Shown in pieces: positions 1 to 12,226 of a stretch of 30,688 nt of DNA. The notes under the pieces were generated by a model, which saw nothing but the letters and a program-made list of their open reading frames with translations, did no database searches and was not told the DNA's origin. This DNA comes from Patellaria atrata CBS 101060 (taxonomy: Eukaryota): NCBI GenBank assembly GCA_010093705.1, contig MU006122.1, forward strand, positions 67,331 through 98,018, given 5' to 3'. The number at the start of each line of letters is the position of its first letter. Positions within the stretch are counted from its first letter, which is position 1. A program made the position numbers and the translations under genes.

Positions 1-971
1 GGTAAGGATTAGACTGAGTCTGTTAAGGTGTAAATATGCTTAAATTTGGTCTCTTTCGATCACAGGTTGCTTCATTACACACCATCGGCCACCCTTGTAC
101 GGCTCTTCACCATTAATGCGGTATACATGTACCTCACGTCATGGACTTTGCACCTCTCAGGGGCAGCAGTAAAGCCACAACTTCTCCTCCCTGCGTGGAT
201 TAGCATTGCACTTGTTAGTGAACCGCTGGTGTCAGTACTTAAAATAGAAATTTTCTCGCATTCTAACATGTACATAGACTCTGACGGTCTTGTACCATCT
301 TACGCAACGCAAGAGCAATATAAGACGGGAAACATCGGCTGCAATCCGTGTTTTTTGGCTTGCGAGCTTCATAAGCATGTGCCTTTTGTTGATACAAATC
401 CATTTACGCACCGAGGACTAGGTCGAAGCTTTCTATCAACCAGCCCTGTTCCCTCCATCCTATCCCCTCCCTGTTTCCGCCGTTGTACCGCTGTACAATC
501 ATATTTTGAGATTTCCCAACTTTCAATGTATAAGTCGATACTGTACGAACAATTGGGATCCTGGACTGAGACGTACTCGCCAGTACACCAGTATATGCAC
601 AACAAGTGCACAAGAGATGCATAAAAATCTAGTAGATTTTGTCTGAAAATGGCGACGATACGTGTATCTATACTTCTGGGTGTTTCGAATTATACTTCCT
701 TTATATTTATAAGGCACATCGTATTTCGGTCAGGTCTTGATGGGAAATGGGCAAATTTGAATCGCGGAGAGATTATAGCCTAGTCGAACAATTGATTCAT
801 GAAATATCACTGCAGTCATAAGCTTAAATCATTTAAAAGCCCATGCAGGTCACCGAGGTACCAAAATCAGAGCTCGATCGCCCACTCGAGCAGATAAAAC
901 AGCGCAAACGCTTGACCCGAAGAGAGATAACGCAGCAAAAGATTACATTGAAAAGCCAGGCTAGTGCGTGA

Positions 972-1454
972 TCAGAAGGCGTTTCTGTCCCAGTTTGGAT
1001 CTTGATTTCTGTTAGTGAAATATTCAAGCAGATAGTGGCTCTTGTTTAGACTACCTTGAACGAAGGCACCAAGCACCTTTGAACCCGTCTGGAGTAAAGG
1101 ATGCCCTACTACTATCTGTAGAAACCGCTGGAGGCCTTCTCTGCGATGCTCGATCACGTCGTCACTGAAGCGGTTTGTAAACACCTTTCCAGGCAGCGGC
1201 GGGATCGTAACTCTCGCGGACTCTCGCTCAAGGATATCTCGAAATGCCTCAAAGTCCGAATACCGCCGGCGAACAGAAGAGGACTTGAGTTTGAAGGCAG
1301 GGATGTTGGTTCGCATGACAATCTCGTAAGTGGTGACCTGATGCCTACCCACACCCGAAGTAATTGGATTTTTCACTTCGATTTCTAGGAAATTTTCAGG
1401 TGGCCCGTACAACTCTTCGTAGGACTGTGTCCGTGACTCTGGGAGAGATTGCAT
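972..1454 (-). CDS. SNX3: Sorting nexin-3 (PX domain protein); one intron at 1001-1054
   Basis: Translation [27 protein letters not shown]...[52 protein letters not shown]...DPNWDRNAF matches fungal Snx3/Grd19. The intron reads GTAGTC..CTAAC..AAG on the minus strand. The conserved start is the ATG at 1454, not the ORF-track start at 1562. Confidence 0.95.
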   Translation of the reverse strand: MQSLPESRTQSYEELYGPPENFLEIEVKNPITSGVGRHQVTTYEIVMRTNIPAFKLKSSSVRRRYSDFEAFRDILERESARVTIPPLPGKVFTNRFSDDVIEHRREGLQRFLQIVVGHPLLQTGSKVLGAFVQGSLNKSHYLLEYFTNRNQDPNWDRNAF

Positions 1455-2311
1455 CGTGTAAACGTAGTACTGTGGAAATGAGACGAAGGTGCGGTAAGGT
1501 TTACAGCTCAGTTTCCAGTTGATATCAATCTCCCCGCAGTCTAAAATACTTTTGTTGTTCACCTCGTCCTGGTAGGTGCACCCGAGCTTTATAGCGATAT
1601 CTTTTTCTGGGAAACTGTCAACGTGACTCTTTGATGAAGACTTGGAGATCGAAGTAGAACTAACTTAGGTCGATATTATTTGATATGAAGAAATCAGCAA
1701 CTTGTATCAGTTTCCGCTAGTTTTCTAGAACTATCCAGCGAACCGACATTTCAGGTTATCTAAAAATACCAAGTTATGTATTTTATCATGCCGCGGGGTC
1801 TGCTTAATACCTTATCTAATCACATGCAGGTGTAATGGTGTGATGTGAGGGAAAGCTGAACAACCACGAGGTACTGTACATAATCATTCCCGTCAAGGAT
1901 ACTACATTCTGCAAATTGAGCGGGATAAGGTTGTTACTACATCCCAATTCCCTGCTTAGAATCTCGTCAGCTTATTTGTCTTTATAACGGTATCAAAGTC
2001 ACCCCGTAACCCTCAGGTCACCACAATCCAATTCTCAGCATGTTTTTATCGTCTTGTTAGTCATTTAAAATATCCCGGTGTATTATCCCGTTTCTAAATA
2101 CCACACCTCTTTACTGAGTGGGCATCCCTACCTTATTGCCTACATCCCAAAAGCTAGCCCTGACCTCGACTTCAAAAGCGAACGTCTCGCACGTCTGGAA
2201 ATTATTCTTGCCAAAAATTCTCTTAGGTTCGAATTTGCCGCTTTATTCAAAGAAGGCCGATAGTCCTATCAAGTGGACCTGCTCAGTTTGAGATGCGTAG
2301 TGTGGTGTAAT

Positions 2312-2837
2312 ATGTCCAACAGACTACCTCTAATACCATGGTTCGTCTTCACAATTTTGGAACCATTCTCGACGTATGTACGACTAGAACGTCATCGGCA
2401 CTCATTACTTACTGTATCACGAATGTAGGACATGCGCTTTTCTCGGACCACTGCTATATCCAAAGGACTTCGTTTCTATGCAACTTCCTCACGAGGTACC
2501 TCATGAGTTGTTACCATCTGAACGCATTTTAGCGCTTCAGCTTGGAAACTGTTATCTATTACTGTCATTTATTGGTCTCTTTGTACTCAATACTACAACG
2601 GAGCTTCGGGTCATTCACGCGTTTCTAATGGCTCTCGCCTTAGGAGACATAGGTCACTTGGCCGTGACAGCATCTGTAATGGGACCCCATCCCTTCGTCG
2701 ACGTGTACAAGTGGTCTTTAATAACCTGGGGGAACATTGGGTTCACCCTTTTTCTTCTTCTCATGAGAGCATCGTATTTTGCAGGGGTTTGGGATATTTC
2801 TCGTAAAATGGAGCATAAAGAGGTGAAGGCCCAGTAG
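2312..2837 (+). CDS. Small multi-pass fungal membrane protein (Erg28-like/DUF7704-type, uncharacterised); intron 2374-2428
   Basis: Splicing GTATGT..TGTAG joins MSNRLPLIPWFVFTILEPFST in frame to TCAFLGPLLYPKDFVSMQLP...LALQLGNCYLLLSFIGLFVL...ALALGDIGHL...WGNIGFTLFLLLMR. About four hydrophobic segments. The family name is from recall. Confidence 0.8.
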
Positions 2838-3925
2838 ACCAACAGCCAATTCAGAATATATCTCTTCCTCAAATTCGCATCCACGGTACAAAGTGATTGA
2901 AGTATTTCAAACATCACAGTCTCATACTGTTCAACGATTTCAGAAGACCCCGGTTACTCTTCTCGCACATTAATATAACACCAAAATGCTCTCACTTATC
3001 CCAACATCCTAACCTTAACCGATGTTCGATCCTTAGGACAAGATCATCTACAGAATGACGCATTGTGTAGTTTTGTGTACTGTTCAACTTACTGTACAGA
3101 CTTGAGATGCTCTAATCCTTTCGCCGGCGGATGTACTGCTCAGCATGCTGTTTTCTATTGCTGCGGATCAGATAGGTTCTCTGCCTTTGGTTCTCCAGCT
3201 TTTTGTAAGATTATCCCTTCGCTGTCTCTCTGACCCCCTCGTAGAAATGGTGCACTGGGTATAGCTATTTATAACCATTTTTATGCGTACGGCTTAGCTG
3301 GGCGCATCATTTGAACCGGACGTTCTTCCATGAAGGAAAAACGCCTCTTTCGTACAGAGAACATATAATTATCTGATAAGTTGCTACGCTAATTAGTGCT
3401 TTGTATAAGGCTAGTCAAGTAAATTGAACACTTGGTAAGTTGGGCACAGCGCATACGTACAGCCAATGCTTGATCACGGTGTCTCTTCTCATTTCCTGTA
3501 TAATATTGCGACACAGAATTGAATTGTTCATTGTACAGCTGTGACTACATGGAATCTTTCTGGGTTGTGCAGCTTGTTCAGAGGTCCTCGAGATCATCGG
3601 TTCCCACCTAACTAGTGACTCTTGATATGATGATTTTAAGCACCGAGATAGCCGTGAGGATCGTTGGGAGCGAAGGCGCAGTGGAGGATGGATGTAAGAT
3701 TCTTGAATTTCAGAAAGATCGCTCTGCTCTCTTTGCTCAATACGCAGATATGAATAAACAGACTATGTTTTTTGTTCTTCCCTAACCATTCTAGTAACCT
3801 CTGCTGGAAAGGTGATACCATGTTTTGCACAAACCTCTAACACCAGAAATACTCCTTTCCTCTAATTGTGTCTTAGTAGAGACCCTTACACGGAAGCCTG
3901 TACTCCTAAACCGCGTTTAACACCC

Positions 3926-4708
3926 TCACAATCCGTTTACCGTACCTGTTCCATCCCTACTACTTTCCGAAATCTCAATGACGAAGTCTTTCAGTCCGCC
4001 CTTCCAGTCCGAAATCCTTCCGTCCTTAATCTTAACCACCACAACTCTCACTTCCTCCGGTTCAACCCAGCTCCCTCTTCCACCATCTCCTAGCTCCTCT
4101 TGCCCACCACCAAACAGACTAGACCCAAAACCCGCGCCGCCATCGCCCTCAAACGTATTGTTCTCTAGGTGCCGGCTTTTACACCACTTCTCAATCTCTC
4201 CTCCCGCCTCCAAGATCTCTGCTAGGCCGTTGATGGTAACACTGATCCTCGACAAAGCGGCTGAGTTAAACCCGGCCAGCAGATTGTGGAGGGAACTGCG
4301 GGCAGGGCTGGTTGCGCGACCAATGGGACTACCACCTTCGACGGCGGAGAGCGTCGGTGGACGGTGGGATACCCAGTCATGTACGAGGAGGGAGACACGG
4401 GGGTTTTCAAAAAGATTGGACGTCTTCTGTGAGGATGGAGGTGTAGTCATTATAATGGTTGGTTGGGAGGACCAAGGGGTTGATGGGAGGTAAGTGTAGT
4501 TCATGAGAGAGATGTGGGGTATTTGAGACCTGCATGTTGCGAGATGGAGCTGCCAGGGGTAAGTTAACGGTATTTACTTTGAGCAAGGCGAAGGACTCAC
4601 AAATCGCGCGTTTTGTAGACATTGAATCACTTCTTCTGGGAGAGAGGATGAGCTTTCGGTGGGGTGTGCGGGGGGAGCATTTGTATCGATTTCCGGGAGG
4701 GTAGGCAT
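3926..4708 (-). CDS. Pyridoxamine 5'-phosphate oxidase-like FMN-binding split-barrel protein; intron 4550-4600
   Basis: Spliced product MPTLPEID...LPEEVIQCLQNARF|LHLATCRSQIPHISLMNYTYLP...IIMTT...KTSNLFENPRVSLLVHDWVSHR...VRVVVVKIKDGRISDWKG is typical of this fungal family. Intron GTGAGT..TTAAC..CAG. Confidence 0.88.
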
Positions 4709-4820
4709 GTTGGCAGTCACCGTCCTGTGACAGTTCTGTATGGAATAGTCACAGAGTTACTAAGTATGATGACGGAGACTTGATGAAGGGTTTCTGATTT
4801 TTATGGTATTACTTTGTTTA

Positions 4821-4864
4821 AGGTTTTGAGGTTTGAGGTTTGAGATTTAGGTTTGAGGTGTGAG
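4821..4864. repeat. Degenerate heptamer tandem repeat (TTTGAGG)n, about 6 units
   Basis: aggttttgaggtttgaggtttgagatttaggtttgaggtgtgag is read directly, in the short divergent intergenic region. Confidence 0.8.
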
Positions 4865-5031
4865 CTTTACCTCAGTAAACTGAGAGCAGGGGTCACGGGG
4901 GAACTTGCGCGGCGTCTTTTGCTCAAAAGCTTAGACCATCTGCACAACGTCTGTACTGTACGTATAGCGGCAACTCGCCAGCCCTCTTCGCAACGCACTC
5001 TTTCACAATCCACAAATCTACAATTAGCAAC

Positions 5032-7490
5032 ATGTCTGCCGACACAAAAGACCCTCATCTCTATGGAACTGGTGGCGCTGTGCAGGAGCTCCCAGCTCAT
5101 TCAAATGGCGCAGACACAGGTGGAGATGTAGGCGCGCATCCAGTAGATCCAACCGTAGGTAGACCAAGCCAGGATGAGAGCATTACGAAGGCAGTGGATA
5201 GTATTCTGTACTCAGATGTAAGTCTTGCGCGATCGTCTTAGATGCATACTGACAGCTTACCAGATTGGCGTCAACACCCTGCTCAACCGCCTAAAGCAAA
5301 GCATTGCATCTGCACGAGTATGCGCCAACTATCATCCTCTGAAAAACACCCATATCCTGACTTAAACTCAATAGGACTTTGCGGGGTTTTTGAAAAAGAG
5401 GTCAACCTTAGAGGAAGATCACGCTCAAGGCATCAAGAAGCTTTGCAGAAGCACTCATGAGTCAATACGCCGACCCGACGCGCGCCATGGAACTTATCTC
5501 CAGCAGTTCGAGGAAGTAACCAAACTCCATGAGCGTATGGCAGACAACAGTATACAGTTTGCGCTCTCCTTACACCAAATGCATGAGGATCTGACCGAAC
5601 TATCCAACAACATGGACCGTGGCCGAAAACACTGGAAGATCAATGGTCTAGCAGTCGAGAAAAAGGTGCAAGATGCGGAGGCGCACATGGAAAAGGCCAA
5701 AACCAAATACGATAGTCTTGCTGAGGATTTGGATAGGGTGAAGACCGGGGATAAGAGTGCGGGTAGAGTCTTTGGAATTAAGGGACCAAAATCTGCGGCG
5801 CAACATGAAGAAGATCTACAAAGGAAGCTACAAGCAGCAGACAGCGATTATGCCTCGAAAGTGCAAATCGCACAGGCTCAGAGACAAGAGCTTGAGACCA
5901 CCTTAAGACCACAAGCGATAAAGGCGATTCAGGACCTGATTGCAGAGTGTGACTCTGCCTTGACTCTTCAGTTGCAGAAATTCGGTGAGCACTCTGTTCA
6001 AGTATGTGCAGTGTATCATTTGCTGACCATACCTAGGGACATTTAACGAGAAGCTTCTCTTGGGTAATGGTATTCTGATTGCCCCAATCAAAACTCCAGA
6101 CCATGTCGGACCAGATGTACCCAGTCTGCGTGATATGGTTTATAAAATTGATAACGATAAGGACTTGCACTCATATCTGTTGAGCTACACATCCAAAGTT
6201 CCTCCAAAGCATCATGAGATCAAATATATTAAGCATCCAGTATGTATACCCTACCGCGTCTCCATACCCTTATTAACATATTCAGACTCAAGCACCAACA
6301 ACCGCTCCAGCACCAGCTCCCGCGCCAGCGTCTGCAGCCACAGCAGGTCACACATCCCTTCAACTTCAGCGAGACCCAACCGTTCCAATTTCTTCAGGCC
6401 CACCTCATCTACCTTCGTTCTCCACTCAATCCCCTGTACAGCAGCGACCTTCTACCCCACAGGGTTCTACTTCTCAACATCCTCAACAATCCTTCGATGT
6501 ATTCAACTCCTACAAACAACCACCTCAGCAGCTTCAACAAGCCCCTAGCTATGGAAGTCCAGGCCAACAAACGCCGCAAAGCTACTATCAGCCACCACCT
6601 CAACAGCACCAGGGGTCACCACAGAACTATCCTTCGTCACAGCCACCGCATGTGCAGCATCAAGGTACTCCACAGTTCAATCCGCTCTCTATGCATGCGC
6701 CTTCTCCTCAGGGAACGGGTGACGTTCCTTACTCTGCAGGACCTTCACCGACTAAACCGGTATTTGGAATGACACTCGCAGAGCTTTTCGAACGGGATGG
6801 TTCTCCAGTACCCATGGTGGTTTACCAGTGCATTCAAGCCGTCGACCTTTTCGGTCTTGATGTCGAGGGAATCTATCGAATCCCAGGCACAAACTCACAC
6901 ATCCAGCAACTGAAGCAAATGTTCGATAGTAGTACGTTAATCACATCCCACCTTACATGCCCCGCTAAGGTTATATTGTTATCCCTCGAAGCTAGCTAAC
7001 ATCGTATGATCAGACTCAGCAAATATCGACTTCCGTAACCCCTCCGCCTTCCAGCACGACATCAATAGTGTCGCTGGCCTTCTGAAGCAGTTCTTTCGTG
7101 ACCTACCTGACCCTCTCTTTACCGCAGAGCACTACGGCGCTTTCATCGACGCCGCGCGCATCGACGACGACACGGTAAGAAGGGATAGCTTACACGCCAT
7201 CATTAACGCACTTCCGGATCCGAACTATGCGACACTGCGTGCGCTAGTTCTGCATTTGAATCGTGTGGCGGAGCATGCGGAGAGAAATAGGATGAATTCA
7301 GGAAATTTAGGAATTTGTTTTGCGTGAGTCTATTTGCTATTATTCTCATCTGTGATATTGTGGCTAATATGACCTTGAAAGACCGACGCTTATGGGTCCG
7401 CATCGTGGGCAGATGGCAGACGCAGGACTTCAAGCTAGAGTGCTAGACACGATCTTGCAGAATACGTACCAGATATTTGATGAGGATTAA
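5032..7490 (+). CDS. RGD1: F-BAR (FCH) + RhoGAP protein, Rgd1-like; introns 5218-5263, 5318-5374, 5985-6036, 6240-6285, 6932-7013, 7324-7381
   Basis: N-terminal SDIGVNTLLNRLKQSIASARDFAGFLKKRSTLEEDHAQG (F-BAR), a P/Q-rich linker, then KPVFGMTL...VYQCIQAVDLFGLDVEGIYRIPG...VAGLLKQFFRDLPDPL...NRMNSGNLGICFAPTLM (RhoGAP). All six GT-AG introns preserve the frame. Confidence 0.93.
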
Positions 7491-8145
7491 GTTCTTCAAA
7501 CAATGTGATGGTCATGCGCTGAGCCGGGTAAGGATAGCATTTGAAAGCTGCGAAATCCACATGCCATGCAGTGATAGAAAGCATCGTAAACCACGTCGGA
7601 CCTTAATCCTCGTCGGATGGTAATGCTGGATTGATTGTAATATTAGCCTTTGCCGTGAGAGAGGGACATAATGATTTCGAATGTAATCAAATAGCACACT
7701 ACGTAGTGAGCGTAATTTACATGATATGAGCTATAACCCCAGCTGATTTTAATGAATGCGAGACCTTGACGCGAGACAATAAGCAAATCCAGCATCCATA
7801 TCGATGTGTTACCTCCCTCCTCGCGGTTCGCATTCCTTGGCCTTCGTACCCTCGCTGATTTGTTACCAGTTGAAGTATCAAAGATTATCCATTGTCAGTG
7901 CAGTCAAGCTCTACGTACGCTTGGAGAACTCCTTGTGTTTTCGAATTTTTGCGGATGCATCCTATACTCTTCCTTTCCCTGTACAACAAACCCAGTGACG
8001 CTTTTCACGACCAGTACAAAAGACTGCTCATCCAATCAGTACTCGTAAAACTAGGGGGCGAAATTGAAAACGGTAACTATCAAAACTGTAACACTTCCGC
8101 CTAACTGCATAACCTAAAGAGATAGCACAAGAGTCCTGACGTGAC

Positions 8146-8947
8146 CTATAGTAGCTCAGGTGAAGTAAGCCTATAGCATTCGAGAATGACATCCTTAAAG
8201 TTTCCCAAATCGTGTTGTTCTTCTTCAGTTATTCCCGCTATCATCACCTCCTTCCCCTCCCTGTCTGTACTAAATACACCCCTTGAATTTATGTCCTGAT
8301 GAATAGGGGGTAAGGGCCACCAAATTTTCTCACTGAGTACGCATGACCGTGTAATGTGAGTGTAACTCTCGCTGTGGATCCAAGTACATTGGGGGAAGCA
8401 CGACATGTCCATAAGTAAGGGATAGATTGCCAACGGGCGATGGGTGCATGGTTTGGGAGGAGTAACTGACGTAGGATGTTGCTGGGGGATACGGAGTAGG
8501 AGAAAAGGTTGCTGAAGTTGACATGGTATAATTGGTTGCTGATGGCGGTAATTCGAGGGTTCCGACATTATTGAACTGGGAGAAGTGTTTGTCTAAAGCT
8601 TGCGGGTGGCCGGTAGGGGGTTCCGAAGGGTGGTTGCTTACTAGTGGACTAGTCAACGGCGAGACTTTCGGGGAAGAAGCGTCGGGAAGCTTTGAGACAT
8701 TATGGCGGCGTGGTATAGCCGCTGGCGGGGAGCGAGTGTGGGATTTGTCCTTGTGCTCGTATCTCGGTTTCTGTTCGTGCGACTGTTTCAATCTCTTCCT
8801 CTTTTTGAGCCTCCGTTCATTTTTTTGACGGGCGAGTTGGCCTATGCTGCGGTTTGACAAATTCGATGCCTGGGAGTCAGAGTGGGAGCTGGTGTTATTT
8901 CTTGTAGGCTTATTCGATTGATGGGAATCGCATCTAGATTTGCCCAT
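8146..8947 (-). CDS. Possible lineage-specific gene (basic/NLS-like and S/P-rich low-complexity protein); exon structure uncertain
   Basis: A 205-aa ORF (8330-8947) carrying RQKNERRLKKRKRLK overlaps a 140-aa ORF in another frame. No recognisable domain. Confidence 0.35.
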
Positions 8948-9873
8948 GGTGGGTACGGAATTGTGACTTGGTAATATTCGTGGAATCTACATATGTTGAT
9001 ATTGCGTAACTGTGAGATGGATAAAAGTGAATCACAATCCAAGTTCTGCGAACTATATCTACATTTATTGGGGGAAAATCGTAATTTTGACTGTGATATG
9101 ATAAGGAGAGCCTAAATCCATTGAATAAAGTAAGAAATAATCATTTTGACTGTGACATTGCTGAACGAGCCTCCCTCTAATCATTCATGGGTTCTCGTAT
9201 GTGACAACAAAGGCTCCCGAGTCGCTTGAATATGGTTCTACCAAAATATTCTCAATATCTTTTGCCGCACGAAGTAACAGCCACGGATGGACGGCTTTGG
9301 CATTGGAACTCATTACTGAGATACATCATGTATAGGAATAACTGCAGAACGGTAGGAAAAATGGAGCTTTCCCGAGAATATGTTTTCCGTAGTCCCTTCA
9401 TTTCTTTTTTAGGTAGTTTGATCCACTGGTTTCATTATTCGTAGAACGAATAAAAGGAACTCGAAAATGATAGGTAAGAAAATCGGTGGAAGATGCTACT
9501 TCCAAAGTCAGATTATTTTCTGATCAAGGTCAAGGTTAAGACGACGTCTCCAATATGTTTATGCAATAGTAAAAGTCGACACTAGTTCTTTTGTGGGAAA
9601 TCAATTGTTGCCGGGATATTAACGTCTTTAATATCTTCGTGTAATAATGGAAGTTGATACTAGATCTCTCATGGTATCAATCGTTGTCGTCTTTAATATC
9701 CTCGTGGAACAGTGACAGTTGATATTGGCCTTGAAACCTTGCCTATTTTAAGCCTAGCTCTCCCTCGAAAATTCAACCTGAGTTTGCATCTTTTCCAAAT
9801 TCTTTCAGGAATTACAAAATACAATTGCACTTTGTGTACGAAATTTTCACGCCCTATCGCCATATACTGAACT

Positions 9874-11135
9874 ATGATGGAAAGTGTTCACTTTGAAAGC
9901 TTACGTTCCAATTGACTAACAGAGAGTAGAAGCGGAAGTATGAGCAGCACGAGCACGAGCATGAGCAACTCAACACTTCAAAACCATCGGCATTCTTCAA
10001 ACCTGTAGCTGGGAGAAAACACACCCTGACTGTGGCATTACCTGGTAGTATTATCGCCAAGTGATGCTCCCTATAGGCAATTGGAAAAAAGCATGTGATC
10101 AATACCTAGGCTAACACACTTTTCTGTAGTGCCCAGAATCATGATCTGAAAACTTACCTCGCTGGCAAGATTGGTCGCGCGCTTGCTGTCTTCTGCGTGG
10201 ACGAGATCGTTATCTTTGATGACGGCCAGAGGCAGAATCATCGACAAGCTCAGAATCGCACTCATCAGTCAAGGCGCCACGACGACAACGATGATGAATA
10301 CAGTGGATGGTCTGATCCTGACCATTTTCTGGAACACCTTCTGTCTTACTTAGAGTGTCCGCCGCATCTTAGGAAGTCACTCTTCCCAATGCATCCAAAT
10401 TTGAGCCAGGCGGGCAAATTACCTAGCCTGGATATGCCGCATCATTTGCGGAGCGATGAATGGTGTCCTTATCGCGAAGGTATTACAGTAGATCAGGGTT
10501 CAGCAGACTCTTCGGAAATTAAGAAGCGTAAACCGTCTAATATCACTGCCGGTAATACTACTTTAGTTGATGCTGGATTCCCTTCCCTTGTCCGGCTCGA
10601 ACCTCCTCCACTTGCTTCAATTCCGGTCAACACCAGGTTGACTCTGAAGTTCCGATCTGAGACAGATCCTGGGATATACACTAACTTGACCGCGGAAGCC
10701 GTCGGCCCTGATACACCTCGAGAGGAAAAGGGGTACTATTGGGGATATAGCATCAGACGTGCTTCCGGTATCCATGCCGTCTTCTCCGAATGTCCCTATT
10801 TTAATGGGTACAGTTTTTCAATTGGGACTTCGGAACGTGGTCAACCTATCGATACTTGTATATCACGTTTATGTGGGCTAGCGAAACAGAACGAGATGGG
10901 CGGCGAACCCGTGTTCAAAAATGTCTTGATAGTATTTGGAGGGGTCGCGGGACTTGAGGCTGCAGTAAAGTTTGATTCAGAGAATCTTGCAGAAATCAGC
11001 ATTGGGAGAGACAATCCGACAGAGCTGTTTGACCTCTGGGTAAATCTCCAGCCAACTCAAGGTAGCCGAACAATACGGACTGAGGAAGCAGTTTGGCTGG
11101 GGTTAGCGAAGTTGGAAGGGTTGGTGAGGATGTGA
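9874..11135 (+). CDS. SPOUT-family RNA methyltransferase (DUF171 / SPOUT1-C9orf114-like); introns about 9886-9929 and 10061-10129
   Basis: TLTVALPGSIIAN|AQNHDLKTYLAGKIGRALAVFCVDEIVIFDD, LLSYLECPPHLRKSLFPMHPNL, GYYWGYSIR, SIGTSERG, LIVFGGVAGLE, QGSRTIRTEEAVW. The first exon (MMES) depends on an atypical GTTCAC donor, so the start is tentative. Confidence 0.9.
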
Positions 11136-12226
11136 TACACAATATTGGACGAGAGTATGTAAACTGCGTAAAGTCATAGACCTTAGATAAATTTAAGCTA
11201 ATATTGGTAAACTTTTTATGGATCAGGGGTAGCCTTTAATCCAACTGATGACGCACCACTTCTGTATAGCAAATTTCGACTCCCAACATGCTGTAATCAC
11301 AGTAACTTTCCCCCCTTGAAACTTTAAGCATAACAAAGTATCACCTAATGCCGATTACTTTTGCTTTATGACATTGCAATTGTGCGGTGCTAACCTCGGC
11401 AAGCAAGCAAACATGGTGAGGGAGAGATGGAGATGACTTTTGCCTGTAACGGGCCTGAACCGGCGTCGAGGGGATGCATCATGGGCGTCACGCTGTCACC
11501 GCTTGCTAAATTGCTGTAATTTCTTATCACTTTTCTTCAACTGCATAGCTATTAGTCCGTTTCCCCTAGCACGATATTTATATCTTTCTTTGACGTTCAA
11601 ATGGCGGATTTACCTAGTCTAACCCCGCGATATACTGTTGTTCCCGTCATAATCGACAGATACCTAGACCGTATTCCCAACGCCACAGCTAATGGAAAGG
11701 ATTAGCATTTCTTTAACTTTCCTGACCGGTGTGTCCCTCCCCATGCTAAGAACAGAATTGGCCGTAAAATGCTTTCCTCAATACCTATAGCAGTCGTATA
11801 TATTAAGCGGTTTACCGCTTGAAGTCTTCCGTTCGTTAACCTTTATTTTTTTTTCTGTTTCGGCGCCACCCTTTGCAAAAACATACCCATATTTTCGAGT
11901 TCTACTTCTCTTAAATACTCTCTCTCGTCTAGTGATATATAGACGGTAAAACTACTCGTTCAACAGCCAGCGGTTGACTTTCATTTATATTCTCCTATTC
12001 ATCACTTTGATTAGCCTCACTAAGAGGGATTGAATCGGATAACTTGATGGAAACACCAGAATGCTGACATACAAGAGCCTCTTCTACTCTATCAGAGCGG
12101 AATAAACCCACAACTCCACAGCTTCATAGACTATTCTCGGGCGCTCACTTAGACGATCAGTCAATCTACCATGATGATCTTCATGACGGAGATATTGAAG
12201 CCAATTCGGAAAGAGAGAGTGAAAGT

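Noticed and set aside
1..720. Overlapping 60-192 aa ORFs on both strands
   Set aside because: No recognisable domain and no consistent spliced model. The longest starts at a non-ATG codon.
3978..4493. Antisense or alternative-frame ORFs over real genes (also 12181-12630, 19098-19502, 20439-20963, 22073-22892)
   Set aside because: Shadow ORFs of the coding strand with no independent support.
4821..4864. Interstitial telomere repeat
   Set aside because: The unit is TTTGAGG, not TTAGGG, and the array is short and degenerate.
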